Below the pieces are notes generated by a model, which was not told where the DNA came from, did no database searches, and worked only from the letters and a program-made list of their open reading frames with translations. From Laetmonice hystrix (Eukaryota), in NCBI GenBank assembly GCA_965235115.1, contig OZ249444.1:17546001-17610000 (forward strand): DNA of 64,000 bases, in the 5' to 3' direction. Position 1 is the first letter of the stretch. Each line of letters begins with the position of its first letter. A program made the position numbers and the translations under genes. Shown one piece after another: positions 39,213 through 53,263 of the stretch.

Positions 39213-40689
39213 GATGATGAGATGGGTGTACTCACAGAGTGTACCATCTTACCTCAGTGATTATACACAGAAATCGTTTCTTTGAGAATCCAGATAAGGT
39301 ACTAACGTTGTGACTGTTCCCCTAATTATGGTCATCATTCTCCGCATACGCCAATAATATCCAATCCGTTGCAACCATGTTAAAAAAAGAGTCATGTTTA
39401 CCCGATGGGGTCGTCATGCACCTGAGGATGTTGCTTTCCCCTTGACGAAAAGTTCAAATAGTAAAGGAAGGAGACTCTGCTTCTAAGCAGCCGACAGCCC
39501 CATTAGTTATATAGAATGGTTCTTTTGGTGCCACATGGGATCCGCAGTTACTTTGAGAATTTGACTTCAGAAATGACCCTGGTATATACATAGGTGGTGG
39601 GGTGCAGTCTATGGAGATGTTAGTTGGTGATGGGGTTCAATCTGGGGGTGAACTATGTGGGGAGGGGTGCGTGGCCTGTACACTGGTAAGGAAGGGTCAC
39701 AATGTAGAGAGATAAATTCCCACAAGATGGCAATGATGTTCACTGTGTCGGTCGATAAAAAACCGGGCACAATCGGGGAACACATGAAGCGGTATGTGTG
39801 GTGATTATGTTGTGCATTAGGTCCGCTTAGGTTCGGCTTGCACATAGAGATTCCTTGAGTGGAATGTGATAGATTGGATAGCCGAGTGCCCATCCCTCAC
39901 CTTCTCAGGCCTGTGGTTGGAAGACGACCCGCCCAGTGACAAGATTCACATAGAGGTCGTCACACTAGGAAACTGTCTGGGCAAGTGGATGTCTATCAGT
40001 GGAGGCGGGGTCGTGTACTTTGGCGGCCTGGTGTAACAGATACGGCGGTGTGGTCCTGCAGGTCGGTGGGAAGATGAGTTATACCCATCACCTGGCTCTG
40101 TCAGGGCTCTGTCAGGGGTCCTGACTCCCTCCCTGGGCGGGTCAGGCGGTCGGGCGGCAGGGGTCCGTACGGCTGGCCGGACACACCCCGCTTTTATATA
40201 CAACACAAAGGTGGCAGTGGGGACGACAGACAAAGTACTCGTCCTGTCCGATCACATAATACGTCATATAGTACCACATGAAGGCTCTATCTGAGGGGTC
40301 ACTTCAAACACGCCGTATTGGTAACAGCATAAAGACCCCCACCACTATACACAAAGACCTCACGACATTTCTCATCGTTAACGTTGTAATAGGAACTGGA
40401 GTGGTCTTCGTATCATTCAGATAAGTTTGATAAAGACTGTGCACATCGATTACATCACACTGAAACCTCCGTTTTTTTCTCTATGAAACAATCCAAACAT
40501 GCAAAGAATGCATTTTAAATTGTTCAAAAGCTTTGATATTTTTAACTGGATTAGTATTGGCATGTTACAATCATTAACATTAGTCGGGCTTGGCTGCAGC
40601 CCGGAATAGGTTCATGCAGATTGGACGCTGTTTTTTTAGTCGCTTGTGATGGAGAAAAACTGCAATCGACGTGATTGACTATTGGTGTG

Positions 40690-40893
40690 AAACTGCCGCC
40701 ACACAACACATCGTCAACGTGTGAGCTCAACTAGCAATGTAAACTGCCGCTACACAACACATCGTCAACGTGTGAGCTCAACTAGCAATGTAAACTGCCG
40801 CCACACAACACATCGTCAACGTGTGAGCTCAACTAGCAATGTAAACTGCCGCCACACAACACATCGTCAACGTGTGAGCTCAACTAGCAATGT
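40690..40893 (+). repeat. 51-bp minisatellite, 4 copies
   Basis: AACTGCCGCCACACAACACATCGTCAACGTGTGAGCTCAACTAGCAATGTA at 40691, 40742, 40793 and 40844. Confidence 0.96.
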
Positions 40894-41179
40894 GAGTGCG
40901 AGATTTAGTGTCAAGTTAATGAAAACAGTATTGAAAAATATTTCAATATAGGTTTAAGAGATTAATTTTACTGTGATGAAGTGGAAAGGAAACATGATTA
41001 AGGGAAGAAGTTGTGACTAATGCACTTGTTGACTAGGGGGATAATGATATGGCTGCTTATCCCGGCTTGTTTGATCACTGTCGACTTGATAGGTTCAATT
41101 AGTTGGATTTCTATTACCCATCGAAAACGCTCTATCCCTGTCCTTGTCGCTCCATCAAACTTCACACGCACCAAAAGGA

Positions 41180-41305
41180 TAGACTCAGGCTTTTCTCTGT
41201 ATTTTGTTCAGGAGGGCCGTTCTTATACTCTGCGCCATCGACCTAGAGATGACTACAAGTTTGAGTCCAGGAATACCATGCCAAAGTTTTTAAAATAAAT
41301 AAACT
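41180..41305 (+). mobile_element. Possible CR1-like 3' tail
   Basis: FSLYF....SYTLR......F.SRNT (cf. CR1 C-terminal Y.TR....L...RT), ending in stop plus AATAAATAAA. Confidence 0.25.
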
Positions 41306-44300
41306 AACTCTGATATTTAGTTAATTTAAAAAAATTATTTGTTATTTTATTTATTTTTATCCACTGTATTAATAAATCATTGCTTGCTTGCCCAACTCCC
41401 TTCTGCTACCGTCCATGAATGCGAACTTGATAGATTGCTGTCGAATCCCCATTTACCTGAATGTCCGAATTCATTTGATGTATAGAGCCAACATATGCGC
41501 TGGTTCTCTATGAGGACATGTGGCTGGTTTATCCAGTTCACTGCCAAGAGTGGATCCTAAACTCCAGCAAGCCATAGCGTTAAGTGACTGGCTGCATATT
41601 CCCACGTCTGGGTTGTTTAGTGCGTAGTCTGCCGGTTAATTTCCTGAAACATCATTACAGTCAGGCCAAGGAAAACTAAGGGTAGAATTCCAGTTACCTG
41701 AAAGCCTGCATATCTACAAACATTCAACCTGTTTATTTTTTCGTGGTTATTTTTATTCAAAACGTCCGTTCAGAATGTAAAGCATCTTTTCATGATGTGA
41801 TTTCGGACCTAACGACCTTGCTACTAGTATTTTCAGCGGAAGGGAGGGCGAGGAGCTAGTACATGGCACACCCTCGTGTAAGGAATCGTGCCTGTATAAA
41901 ACAAACCCGACACGTAGGCAGTTTCCTGGGCGGATTGCAAGACGTAGTAAACCTGAATATGGCGGCTGCTTGTCATGCCATGAAAACCTGTATCAACAGA
42001 GAAGGTATACATTTCTGGGATTCCATGAGATTGGTTTGATGGGTGCTACAGATGTGGCGGGGTGCAGGGCGGGTCGGTGAGTGAGCTTACTTTACGTACT
42101 CCAGCTGTGTGTCAGACATAGGGTCAGACAGAGCGAGATCATGATTCACGAGTACGGCAGCAGGTAAAATGTTACCCGCAGAGATATTCGCGAGTAGTTA
42201 ATACCCTTGTAAATTTGTGGGGCCTCCGATCACATCAGTTTGATGGGCCTCCCTCGGTTCTGGACCCTTCCGACAAAACTGCCTTGGATCTATGAGCTAA
42301 GTAGGCTAAGTCATGTCTGGCAGTGTCTCTGTGGTCGTAATGGAATGGATTATACCGCATTAAAGGGATCGTAAATCAAGAATTAAGATTACAGAATCCA
42401 GTAAGTAAAGTAAATCACACTGTTTTATCCTCTGGGGATTAGGATTACCTAACATGATAACGGCTTGTGAAGTTCACGTCTCACATGGAAGCAACATGAC
42501 CGACATCTGAGGTCGAGCGTAAAGATGGAACACAAGATATCTTGTGAATCTCGGATTTTTTCTCAGAGAAATGCGGTTAATTTCAAAAGGGAGATTCTTC
42601 ATATGGGCGTGCCCATGGATACGGAGCAAATAGTGGTGAAAACTAATGAAGTCGGGTACACACGGTGGGCGGATGGTAGTGTGGGTTTGTGGGTAGCTTT
42701 GAATGCCAATAATGAGTGGTGCGTGTGGGTGCGGGTGTGTGCATGGTAGGGCAATGAATATGGTACTTAGTGGAGAAACACGACAAAAGCTGCTACAACA
42801 ATTACGGCATGTTGTGTATAGATGGGGCAGGACGTGGTCACATAGAGGAGAGAGTGTGAATGATGGATGAGAGGGGGACCACCTCATCTCCTCACCATCC
42901 GTTAGTGGTGGCTGCTAAACACGTAGAAACAGTTAACGATGACAGATGGCTTATGTGGCTCCCACCTACTGCTTATTTCTTTAGACTTACACGGCGCTCG
43001 GAGATGAATAGGGTGACAGACCCCCCTGTTAGAGTCATCCAAAAGTTGTGAATTTTCACGTGGGGAAAAAAATGTCGATGTTGTCGGACTCAATGTGGAT
43101 GTGATTGGTGATCAGTTGAGTGATTCGTCAATTTAGAGTTGAGGTTTGTTGGGGACACCGTCAGACAATTATTAATGCCTTATGTTGGACAGCACCATTA
43201 CTTGTGCATTGTTAAAGGCCAGCAGATTGTCCGGGAGGAGAGATAGCGGGGCAGTAGGGTGTTGGAATTTGTCATGCCTTGACAGCCACGTGTAATATGA
43301 CATTATTTTACTTCTCCCGGCTGGTTCAGCAATTGTATTCTGTCTTCTGTGTTTTGAATTTTGCGCTTTACAGTGATGTTGGAAGCGGGGGGCCACCCCA
43401 CCCCTCCGAGTTCTGTCCATTTTACCGCTTCCACGAACACAACCTAAATGCTCCTGGAACAGGGCCTAGTTGCCCCCACCACCAAATATTTGCTTCCGAT
43501 ATCACTGCTTTAGTGCAGCAGAGCACAGGGGACTGTGTATTATACCGTACATATATCGTATAATACATATTATTTAAATGGTCGTAATCCTTAGAGTAAT
43601 TATCCCAGTTAATTGGAAATCTTTCTTTTAACGATAATTGGTGCATTTACTGGGAGGCCTTGTAAGACTAGAGATTTCTGTCTACATGATGTAAAGAACT
43701 ATGGACTGGAAATTATACAAAACAGATAAATAAAAAGAAACACATTTAGGAATTTTCTCTTTGCAAAAAGCAGTGACGCAGGCGACCCCAATGCCATCTT
43801 GGTCATCATGACGCGAGTAGTTGTAGTCTGCACACTTCAGGCTCACTAGACATTTTGTATGTAAAGACCAGGCACTTCCAACGGTTCCACTACAAAACGT
43901 ACCGAAGGTGGTGTTTTTGTCTAACCTTGACGTATCCCGGAAGAATCCATCAAAGCGCTAACTATGACCCACGTGGTAGGAGTAGGATTGAACGACTCAT
44001 ACTCTCATACTTGTTGAAATTGCTACGTGATTGACTCAAGTGGTATGCTCTGATCTTTGTTGATATTTTTACCCGTCCCCCTGATCCGTTGCAGATGTTC
44101 ACCCTCAGGGGGCAGTACTTCACGTGTGAACCAGCTCCCCAAACTGTTTGCCACTGGCAGACTGGAGTATATACACGATGACGACATTGCCTCCGAGCTT
44201 TCCTCCCGCCGTATTGGCAAACACCGAGCTCAGAATGAAGACAAGGCAGCTGTCAAAAAATAGAGAAATAAATACCAACAAACATTGCTGAGTGCCGTGA

Positions 44301-45389
44301 TGAAAGATCGGTGCCGTTTCTGCGAGCACCACTTCCGCATTGGCTGCCCACGTTCTTTCACCACCGCTAGATTACAGAAGCCGACCCAGATTGAGCTCAA
44401 ATGATGAATGTTTCGGTATCTGGGAGCGGTAATTATGTTTGCGTAATGAGGGGAGGTCTGTGGCAGATCGCTCGGCTGGCTGGTGTCCTCGAGGATGACA
44501 CTGGGAAGACAGCAGATAGCTTTGTCAAGGCCGGGGTTTGTTGGTGTTCAGACAACCACAGTGGTAGATGAGACCTGTGCCGGTCGGTGGGGGCGGGTGG
44601 GTGGGTGTGCGGGTGGTTGGGTGGGTGGGGAGAGGGCGGGGGGTTAGGCGAACGACCTTGTGGTGTCGGGAATGGATAACACCCGAGAATCAATTCAGTG
44701 TCTGGGCCACAACGCATTATTTTGTTAACGCCCACTTCTGGCGGAAGTGCCGGCTTTTGAAGTTGTCCCTTAGGAGTCGTTAATTTTGATGGTTGCCAGG
44801 TTCGCTGTGGGATTCCCCGGGCCCTGGCTACCTCATGGAGGAGCAGGCCGAAGTGGAGGCCGAGTCTCGTAAAAGCAGTTGGTACTTAGAAGATTATACT
44901 GATGTCTAGCCTCTCAGACTGAGGGTCTTCACTTTTATGGGAACAGTATTGATTGGTATGTCATGACTGCAATATAGTCGGTCATTAACGTTAGAGAGTC
45001 GTTGGTGTTCGCCGAATTTAAAGTTGCAGAGCTTAGGATCATATCTGGATTAAGGAATCCTATGTCTACAGTTGACCCAAGAGGCCAGGGTTTCCCGCGC
45101 TAAAAGTCCGGGTGGCCGGTATTAAAATACTTAGACCAGTAGGGGTGCAAGGGGCTGGCCTAGGGTGAGAGCTCAGACCAATGGGATAGGGCAACTAGGT
45201 CACCAAGATCACCACCATATCTGCAGCCGCATCACTGGTCAGCTGACCACAGAGCTGTCAATCAAATCTAAATTCTAACGGCAAAACTGGCATTGTTTTG
45301 GTTCACACATTCCAATTTCTAGAGAGGTCGGGCATTGAGGTATAATATAATAGCTGCAAATACTATGTGTTGATCATCCTGCAGGTAGA

Positions 45390-45560
45390 AATGAGTAAAA
45401 TTTGAACCTGAACCTTTCGAAAACGAAATTAGACCTTTTCACGGTCAGGGAAACTGTTATGTTCATGCGGAATCCACTACATGAAGATGGGCTTTCGGGG
45501 CCAGGTTTCCGCGCAGTTCGCTATTTTGGTTTTGATGATGAGGTAAACTGTTGCAGCGGG
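45390..45560 (+). mobile_element. CR1/L2 RT C-terminal relic
   Basis: LNLSKTKLDLF (cf. L.LN..KT..M.F) and VRYFGF (cf. VKYLG). Confidence 0.33.
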
Positions 45561-46309
45561 CGCCGTCCTCAACAATGCGATAGCAGTTTTCTGATTGAAT
45601 GTGATGTAGCCCATCATGAAGAGTCGATCAACAAGAATTGAGTTGATCCCAAATGGACGTGGGCAAGATTACACGAGGCGCTTGTTGTGTGCCCGTGGAT
45701 GGTGCTGAGGTCACCGCCACCGTCGGACTGTAGTGGAACCTCAGTAAGACCAGCCGAGTAGTTTTATAGCCGTCTTCTCAAGGGTAATGAACCGTATTGT
45801 CCTACATGGGAGGCAGAAATATTGGCATCGATATCATGGACGGAATGAGGAAATGTTCATGGTAATGGCACTGGGACACATCCGACAATGAGGATTTAAG
45901 TGATGTGAATAGAGCTTCTCATATTGGTATATTTATATTGGTATATTTAATTCACTTTGAGGCTCAGTGTTGAGTGCACTTAGATCGTGTCAGTATGTTG
46001 GGAAGTGAAGCTGTGGAGTGGTGGCCTCTCAATCAGTTCAGCACTGAGTAGTGTAGGAAAATGGCGCTTTGTATCGGGAGACTAGAACACTATAGTGGCT
46101 GGTATGGTTGGCACTGTGAAAGGATGCATTTACAGTCACATCTAAAACATCGTGTTTAAAATGACACCATTTCCTATTTCGATAGACATTACAGGTGAGC
46201 ATTACAAATAGAACTTCTGAAGGATTCACTTGCTAATGAGCTATCAATTGTGCCTGTGTGCATGTCTCCATTTTCTGCAAAATGTGATGAGGTTAAACCG
46301 ATGAGTGAG

Positions 46310-46834
46310 TCTCAATGTAACGGTGTAACATCTCAATGTAACGGTGTTACATCTCAATGTAACGGTGTTACATCTCAGTGTAACGGTGTTACATCTCAAT
46401 GTAACGGTGTTACATCTCTATGTAACGGTGTTACATCTCAATGTAACGGTGTTACATCTCAATGTAACGGTGTTACATCTCAATGTAACGGTGTTTAACT
46501 GTTACATCTCAATGTAACGGTGTTACATCTCAATGTAACGGTGTTACATCTCAATGTAACGGTGTTACATCTCAATGTAACGGTTTACATCTCAATGTAA
46601 CGCTGTCACATCTCAATGTAACGGTGTTACATCTCAATGTAACGGTGTTACATCTCAATGTAACGGTGTCACATCTCAATATAACGGTGTTACATCTCAA
46701 TGTCACGATGTTACATCTCATGTAACGGTGTTACATCTCAATGTAACGTTGTTACATCTCAATGTAACGGTGTTACATCTCAATGTAACGGTGTCACATC
46801 TCAATGTAACGGTGTTACATCTCAATGTAACGGT
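46310..46834 (+). repeat. 21-bp minisatellite, ~25 copies, with internal dyads
   Basis: Unit CATCTCAATGTAACGGTGTTA; GTTACA and TGTAAC are reverse complements. Confidence 0.96.
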
Positions 46835-47301
46835 TTTCAGCATGCTGCACAATAAGATTCGTGATTACCCTAAAATATTTATTTAATTGGAAATAATTTA
46901 AGAGAGGGAATCGAATTGTTCATTCAATTCTTCACAACTTGATATACAGTTGAGTATTCAAGGACGTTTTATCTTTGCTAAATCCGTAAATGCGTATACG
47001 TGCATTCATAGATTTTAAGTTACAAAAGTCATTATATCATAGCTATTTCATATACAATGTATTTCATGTGTCATGCATTAGGAATGAAGTTTTATCCACA
47101 GTACGGGATTGTTTTCCAAATTATCAGTAGGCACCAGTGTCTGTCCGTCACGGACCATTGTTTCCTTTAAATCCATCAAATCAGAGTTAACCTTGAAGGC
47201 AGAGACTGTTTCAGTTGTAAAGATGACTTGATGTTGAATTGGGTTAATAGTACACCTCACTGACTGTACTTGGGCGGCGGGCAGTCAGGCAGGCAGGCGG
47301 C

Positions 47302-47305
<4 letters not shown>

Positions 47306-47344
<39 letters not shown>

Positions 47345-47357
47345 GAGAGAGAGAGAG
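47306..47357 (+). repeat. (GA)n microsatellite
   Basis: Directly visible. Confidence 0.96.
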
Positions 47358-47781
47358 TCACTGCGATCGGCATAAATTACTTATAGCCGGTTACCATGGC
47401 CTTCTCCCGACATAAAACTTATTCGAGCACCCAGACAGTGGTTGCCGCGTCTGTAAAGTTTCTGTCAGAAAAAAAAACACTCAGAGTATACTTGGAAGAG
47501 ATGACCGAATCCGAATTCTAGTGAATTTGATTGATGGTAAAGAACTCCCGTCGTGTTGAGTCCCGGAGGGCTACAGTCGAGGTCAGGCGGCCATCAGTTT
47601 TACTCCCGTTAAATGTCGCCCTCATTGAGATTTTTTTCCTTATGGTAGCAAGGCCAGCGTGTTGGGTTACGATGTAGATTAGATTAGATTAACTTAGTTA
47701 TACTGTAATAAGTCCTTCGTGTATTGTCAGTTACTCGCTGCAAGGTCGATTATTTCCGATATATCACCGTTCCTCCCAACT

Positions 47782-48286
47782 CAAACTGGCCGCCGTGCCA
47801 TGGTCCTGGCTCATGCTCGAGTGTTAATCCACAAACTGGCCGCCATGGTCCTGGCTCATGCTCGACTGTTAATCCACAAACTGGCCGCCATGCCATGGTC
47901 CTGGCTCATGCTCGAGGGTTAATCCACAAACTGGCCCCCATGCCATGGTCCTGGCTCATGCTCGAGTGTTAATCGAGTGTTAATCCACAAACTGGCCGCC
48001 ATGCCATGGTCCTGGCTCATGCTCGAGTGTTAATCCACAAACTGGCCGCCATGGTCCTGGCTCATGCTCGACTGTTAATCCACAAACTGGCCGCCATGCC
48101 ATGGTCCTGGCTCATGCTCGAGTGTTAATCCACAAACTGGCCGCCACGCCATGGTCCTGGCTCATGCTCGACTGTTAATCCACAAACTGGCCGCCATGCC
48201 ATGGTCCTGGCTCATGCTCGAGTGTTAATCCACAAACTGGCCGCCATGCCCTGGTCCTGGCTCATGCTCGAATGTTAATCCACAAA
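47782..48286 (+). repeat. Minisatellite with 50-bp and 45-bp unit variants, ~10 copies
   Basis: CCACAAACTGGCCGC(CATGC)CATGGTCCTGGCTCATGCTCGA(G/C)TGTTAAT; the 5-bp CATGC is present or absent. Confidence 0.95.
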
Positions 48287-50057
48287 ATCGGAATTTATTC
48301 ATGTTGTCTGCGAGTTGCTGAGAGCGATACTATTATTGTTGGTTTTTCTTCAAAACCTAAAGAATATCAATCTGGTTGAGATTGTCTGCCCCTAAAATTA
48401 TCTGCTGTCTGGTATTTTTGGTGAATATGCAGTCATAATTGTGACTTGGTAGAGCGTTGGTAGAGCGTTGAATAACACTTCACGGATTGCTTGCCTTGAG
48501 ACGGCCCCAGGGATGTAACTGACAGTGAAATAATTGTCTACGTCGGGCTGTGTTGTCGGTATAATCAGCTTCCATCGTTTATGATGGTAAGAATGGGAGG
48601 AACTGAGAGTGGAAAGATGAGGGTTAAGGTTGGTGTCTGGTAGTGTGGGGAGAACACCTACCAGACACCCGGTACGTCCGCTCAACAGTAGACGCTAACC
48701 TACAGTGTTTGGTGTTTTACTCCACTTCCCGTGGGGACCCGGAAGGGAATGGGCCCTGCTCACTCCCAATCTTACCGTGTTCTAATCTTGGTGTTGCCGT
48801 GAAGATGACCTAAGTTGCTGACACAGCCTTAACGCACCAACACTCAGCCACTGCTATACAAGACGCATCGTTTGATAACATTTTCAGAATGCTATATGAT
48901 AACATTGTTATAGATTGTGATCTACACGTAAGGTCAGGGACCTAACTAACCTGTGACCATCGTCATGATGTGAATACTGTACTAGTCTGGAGATATCGTG
49001 GATTTATTTCTGAATGATCGTAGCAATAGCTCTGAACCTTGTTGGACCTTTACATCGGAGCCAGCCCATCATGTTGGGTGGGGCCTGGGTTCCATCTAAA
49101 GGGATTCCACTCTTGTATATTTATTAAAAATCGGGGAATCTCCATGAGGAATTCAGTGCTTAGAGATACAAGGTGTATAGTTGGTACACCATTAGATCAA
49201 CGTAAGGGACGCACCGAGATGTGGACTAACGGAGATTCCGTTAGTCGTATTTTATCGTTAGAAGATGGTTGTAGATACATTGTAATATGTTGTCAACAAT
49301 TATTATGTGACAGTTATCATTGAAGTCTCTTCGGCTGATCGATTTAGATATGAATAGGAAACGTTCGGGTCCGCCTTTCCAATGTAACCTTCCCCACTTC
49401 GGCTATTTCAAGGAATATTTTACTGATCACAATCGCTTCAACTCCCCGGGGAAATATAAATAATGTATTAATTAAAACATTTCTAACAGTACTGCATGCG
49501 CTATGTAATGTTTTCCTTCTATAAGAAGTATGTTCTTTTAGATTGTATATACATTTGTATTTGTATTAATAGTGTTCACCAATGTATTATGACACCACAC
49601 CCTATCAGGAGAATGGTGTTGTCAGTAGGTTATCAGTCTGAACCAGACTGCCCTCTCTCCCTCCTGCTCCACAACCCTCGGTTCTTCACCTTCCAGTTTC
49701 GCCATCTCTCCAAATTTAGGACGGCTGAAGGAGAGGTAAATCTAATGGACGGTCTGAGTGGGACATGTAAGGCCACACAGAATTAGTCAAATGAGCATGG
49801 TCCTGAAATGAAATGCTGTGACGAAGAGCGTGTAGAATCAGAGAATCTAATTGAACTGAAGCATCAGATCTGCCAAGGTCAAACGGGGGCTTTGATTGTA
49901 ACCTTGGCCTGCTAGTATATTGCCGATCTAGTAAATTATGGAAAAGAGAGAATACTTGATGTTGATGTTGATTGTTGCCTGAATATGCCAGTGGTGTGTT
50001 AGCCATTCACATTCGATGAGAGTATAGGGTGTGGGGTTTCAGAGATGTTTGACTCAG

Positions 50058-50095
50058 GATGATGATGATGATGGCGATGATAATGATATGATGAT
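50058..50095 (+). repeat. Imperfect (GAT)n microsatellite
   Basis: Directly visible. Confidence 0.85.
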
Positions 50096-53032
50096 GGCAT
50101 CAGTATCACAGTCCATATGCTGTAGGCCGCCTGACTAGTTGAACCCATGTAAGGACGACGACCTGCTCTGGTTGATGGAGGAGATGAGATCTAGCCAGCA
50201 GTCTGAATCTCTCCTCAAACCGAGCAATGCCACACGTCTCGCTTAGTTCTAAGCCCGGGAGGACCATACGAGTAAATCCAAGAGATGAGTCCAGAAAATC
50301 GATTCCGAGACCCTCGATGGCATGTTTTGAGTAACCTGGGGAGTGGAATTACGGTATTCAATGAGGTAAAATGGATGTGACGGATCCGGGAAGGTGACAC
50401 GTGGTCCCCAGAGTCCGGGGTGTGGGTGAGGCTTGCCACGGCACCTGTCACCCCCGTCACGCAGGCCCACTGACCCGCCCTCGGCCGGGATCTGTAGCAT
50501 CTGATATTGGCGGGGACCTGTAGCCGGCCCCGCTACCCTAGGCGGCAGGGGCAATACTGGGTGAGGCTTCGTGTCTTTAACTAGCAGTGAGACCGAACAG
50601 AACCGGGACAGGCTGAATTAGGCGTAGATTGCATGATAAGGCTGTGACGGTGCTGGCTAGGCGGCCAGAGTACCCGTATCGATTCACCTGTCTGTCAGTA
50701 GGAGAAAATTGACCTGATTCACCAAGGATTTTGGGAGGAGTACTGGCGGCAAACATGATGAGGGTGGTGACACTGTGCACTCACAAAGGGGACGTGCATC
50801 CTAACACACAACTTACTCTACCTATCCCAACACTCTCTCTGACAGGTACAAATACATGCGACATTTGTCAGTACTTAGGTCTGCTTTCGTTTATTCATGA
50901 TCACAATACAAGAGGTTTTGGTTTCTGAAATATTACTGCTCAAACTTGGAATCATTTAGACAGTCTTGATACCTCTTGGAAGGATCGTTAAAATAGGCTA
51001 TCTATAATTGTGAATTATAATATGTTGTGGGTTTGCATGAGGGGCAAATTGGAGGTATCTCTGGCCAGAATCCCATAAGGAGAAATATTGTTTCGGAGAG
51101 AGATATTAAGAAAGAATGAGTGGGTCCAGATATAAATGATATAAATGGTATGAGAAAAAGAACGATCAGGACATAAACAAAAATGTTTCTTTCACTTGGT
51201 AAGATGGAAAGAACTTCATGCCTGTGTGACTCACATATGTTATAGGCTAGTCCTTACATATGGTGGTACAGAGATGGTTTACACGCAACTACGCACCATT
51301 TTGTGTTCACTTTACTCAGCCAAATTCTTGTAAAATGGCGTAAAAACCAATTCAAGTTGAGTAAGATGTCGAAGTTCAATTGGCAGCTTACGATCGTGCG
51401 GTTTAAGGTATCCCCCCCCCCCCCATTAGTTCTGGCCGTTAACCAGATTGGAACACACCCGTAACATTTTTATTTCAGGCAAGAAATATGATTTTGCATC
51501 CCTGACGTTAGAATATCAAGTGGACATTGAGAAACTTCCTTGCGTCATGTTGTGTGGGTGATTGGGCATCTGCCTTGGCCTCGGTGAGCTGACCTCTGTC
51601 GTAGGTTCAAGGTCAAGCAAGAAACTCGGGTTGGAACATGGCGGTGAATTTTCTGACCGCCTAATGAGATCATGTTGGAGGGATGGGGCAGGGCATGCAG
51701 CGGCTCAACCAACATGTAGCTGGTTGAGTATTGGAGGGCAGATGTCCAACTGGCTGTTTTACCGCCAACTTCACGACCAGTCTAACTCCATGAGCTTGTC
51801 TGTAGGACAGAGGAGGCGTAATTTTCACATCGATCAGGAATGTGCAAGCAAATCACTGACAGCTGTAAATTGTTAAGGTGCACTTCGTGCAATATGGAAT
51901 ATGCATGCGTGGTTGCCGTGGCAATAGGGGGATCAATACAATGCTGGGTTTCCTTGGTGAAGGATCAACTGGCTGCAAGGGCTGGAGAGAGGCGTGAGCG
52001 CTGAGCCAGAGGGCAAGGTGTCTTGTGTGGCGCTGCCAGCGAGCCAAGGAAAGACCAACACGACCACGCGTCAGCTGGGTCTTTGAAAAGCCAACAGTTT
52101 CCAGCCCTCCAAGGCTGCCACGGTCGGCGCCCCCGCCGCTTTCACACGGCCGACCGACAGCTTGACCCGGCAGGGAGGTCTGTCGAAGGCCGTAGTGGCT
52201 CTGCCCCGAGTGTTATTCCTAACATCCATTTCTCATGTCATAATCCGCCAAGATTGGAGAGAAATCCATACCAAACAGATGCTACCCCAGGCAAGAGTTT
52301 CGGTTACTATGTCTTTCCAAGTAAATATCACTTGATTGATTCATTATGTGTCCAAGTTGTAGTGGCTGTCTTCAGATAGGCAATGTGTGTCGTTTATGAA
52401 CGGAGAACTGGACAATACTTTACAAGACCTTCCCGGGGAGATGTCAGTGTGGTATCTAGTATAATGAAGTATACATGTATTACATATTTCATATTTTGTC
52501 AGCCGTTTGGAAAGAGAAATATATAAAAGAGAGCTGAGATTTACCATATAAACCAACATAATATTACCAACATAATAATATAAAATTAAACCAGATCCCT
52601 GACAAACTTCTGGAAGCATTCCTGGTAACCATGTATTTACTTCCCCTCAACTCCTGTCTCAGTGACTGTGATTGCTAGGTGCTCGACCAGGATGGTATAT
52701 TATCACAACTCTCAGTTACTGTCACGAGGTGTAGAGATCATTTCTTGGAATTTGACGTCAGACATCTCTTACCATATTTAACGGTGTCACTTCCGTGTAC
52801 TCTTCATGTTCGCCATTTAAAGAATTAGTCTTGTGACCTTGAAAGGCGAGGTCTTATCTTCTAGTTGAAATGTTTCCGCTAACATCCCCCCACCCATGAT
52901 ATCCCCAGCTCCACACCCAGACCCATCATAAATCAAGAGCTGTTGTGTATACAGAGAATCCCAGGTAAAGAGGATCAAGGCAATCTCTTTTCGATCAAAT
53001 CCTCAGAGTCCGTGCAATTTGAATCCCAGTCT

Positions 53033-53263
53033 TCAAAGGCCTTTCTCACATGGTGGATCGCAGGATGGAGTCGGAGTGTCAAACGATGCCTTGTTTATGA
53101 CTGATAGACAGACATTTCTATCTGCAGTCAGCCCACAGTAGTCTGAATTATCAACGACCAGAATACCAGACACGGGTCTAACCAATTGCAACAGAACTGT
53201 CTCAGTGCCAATAATACGTCGATCCATAATATCAATATGACCACCCATCTCTTTGTCGGTCAA
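53033..53263 (-). mobile_element. L2-like RT N-terminal relic
   Basis: Track ORF contains GTETVLLQL...KASFDT, cf. L2 HSTETALL.V...LDLSAAFDTVDH. Confidence 0.48.

Noticed and set aside
41890-42085. TATAAAA, AATATGGCGGC (YY1-like) and GTGAGT suggesting a first exon
   Set aside because: The ATG frame stops early and no downstream exon was found; motifs alone are insufficient.
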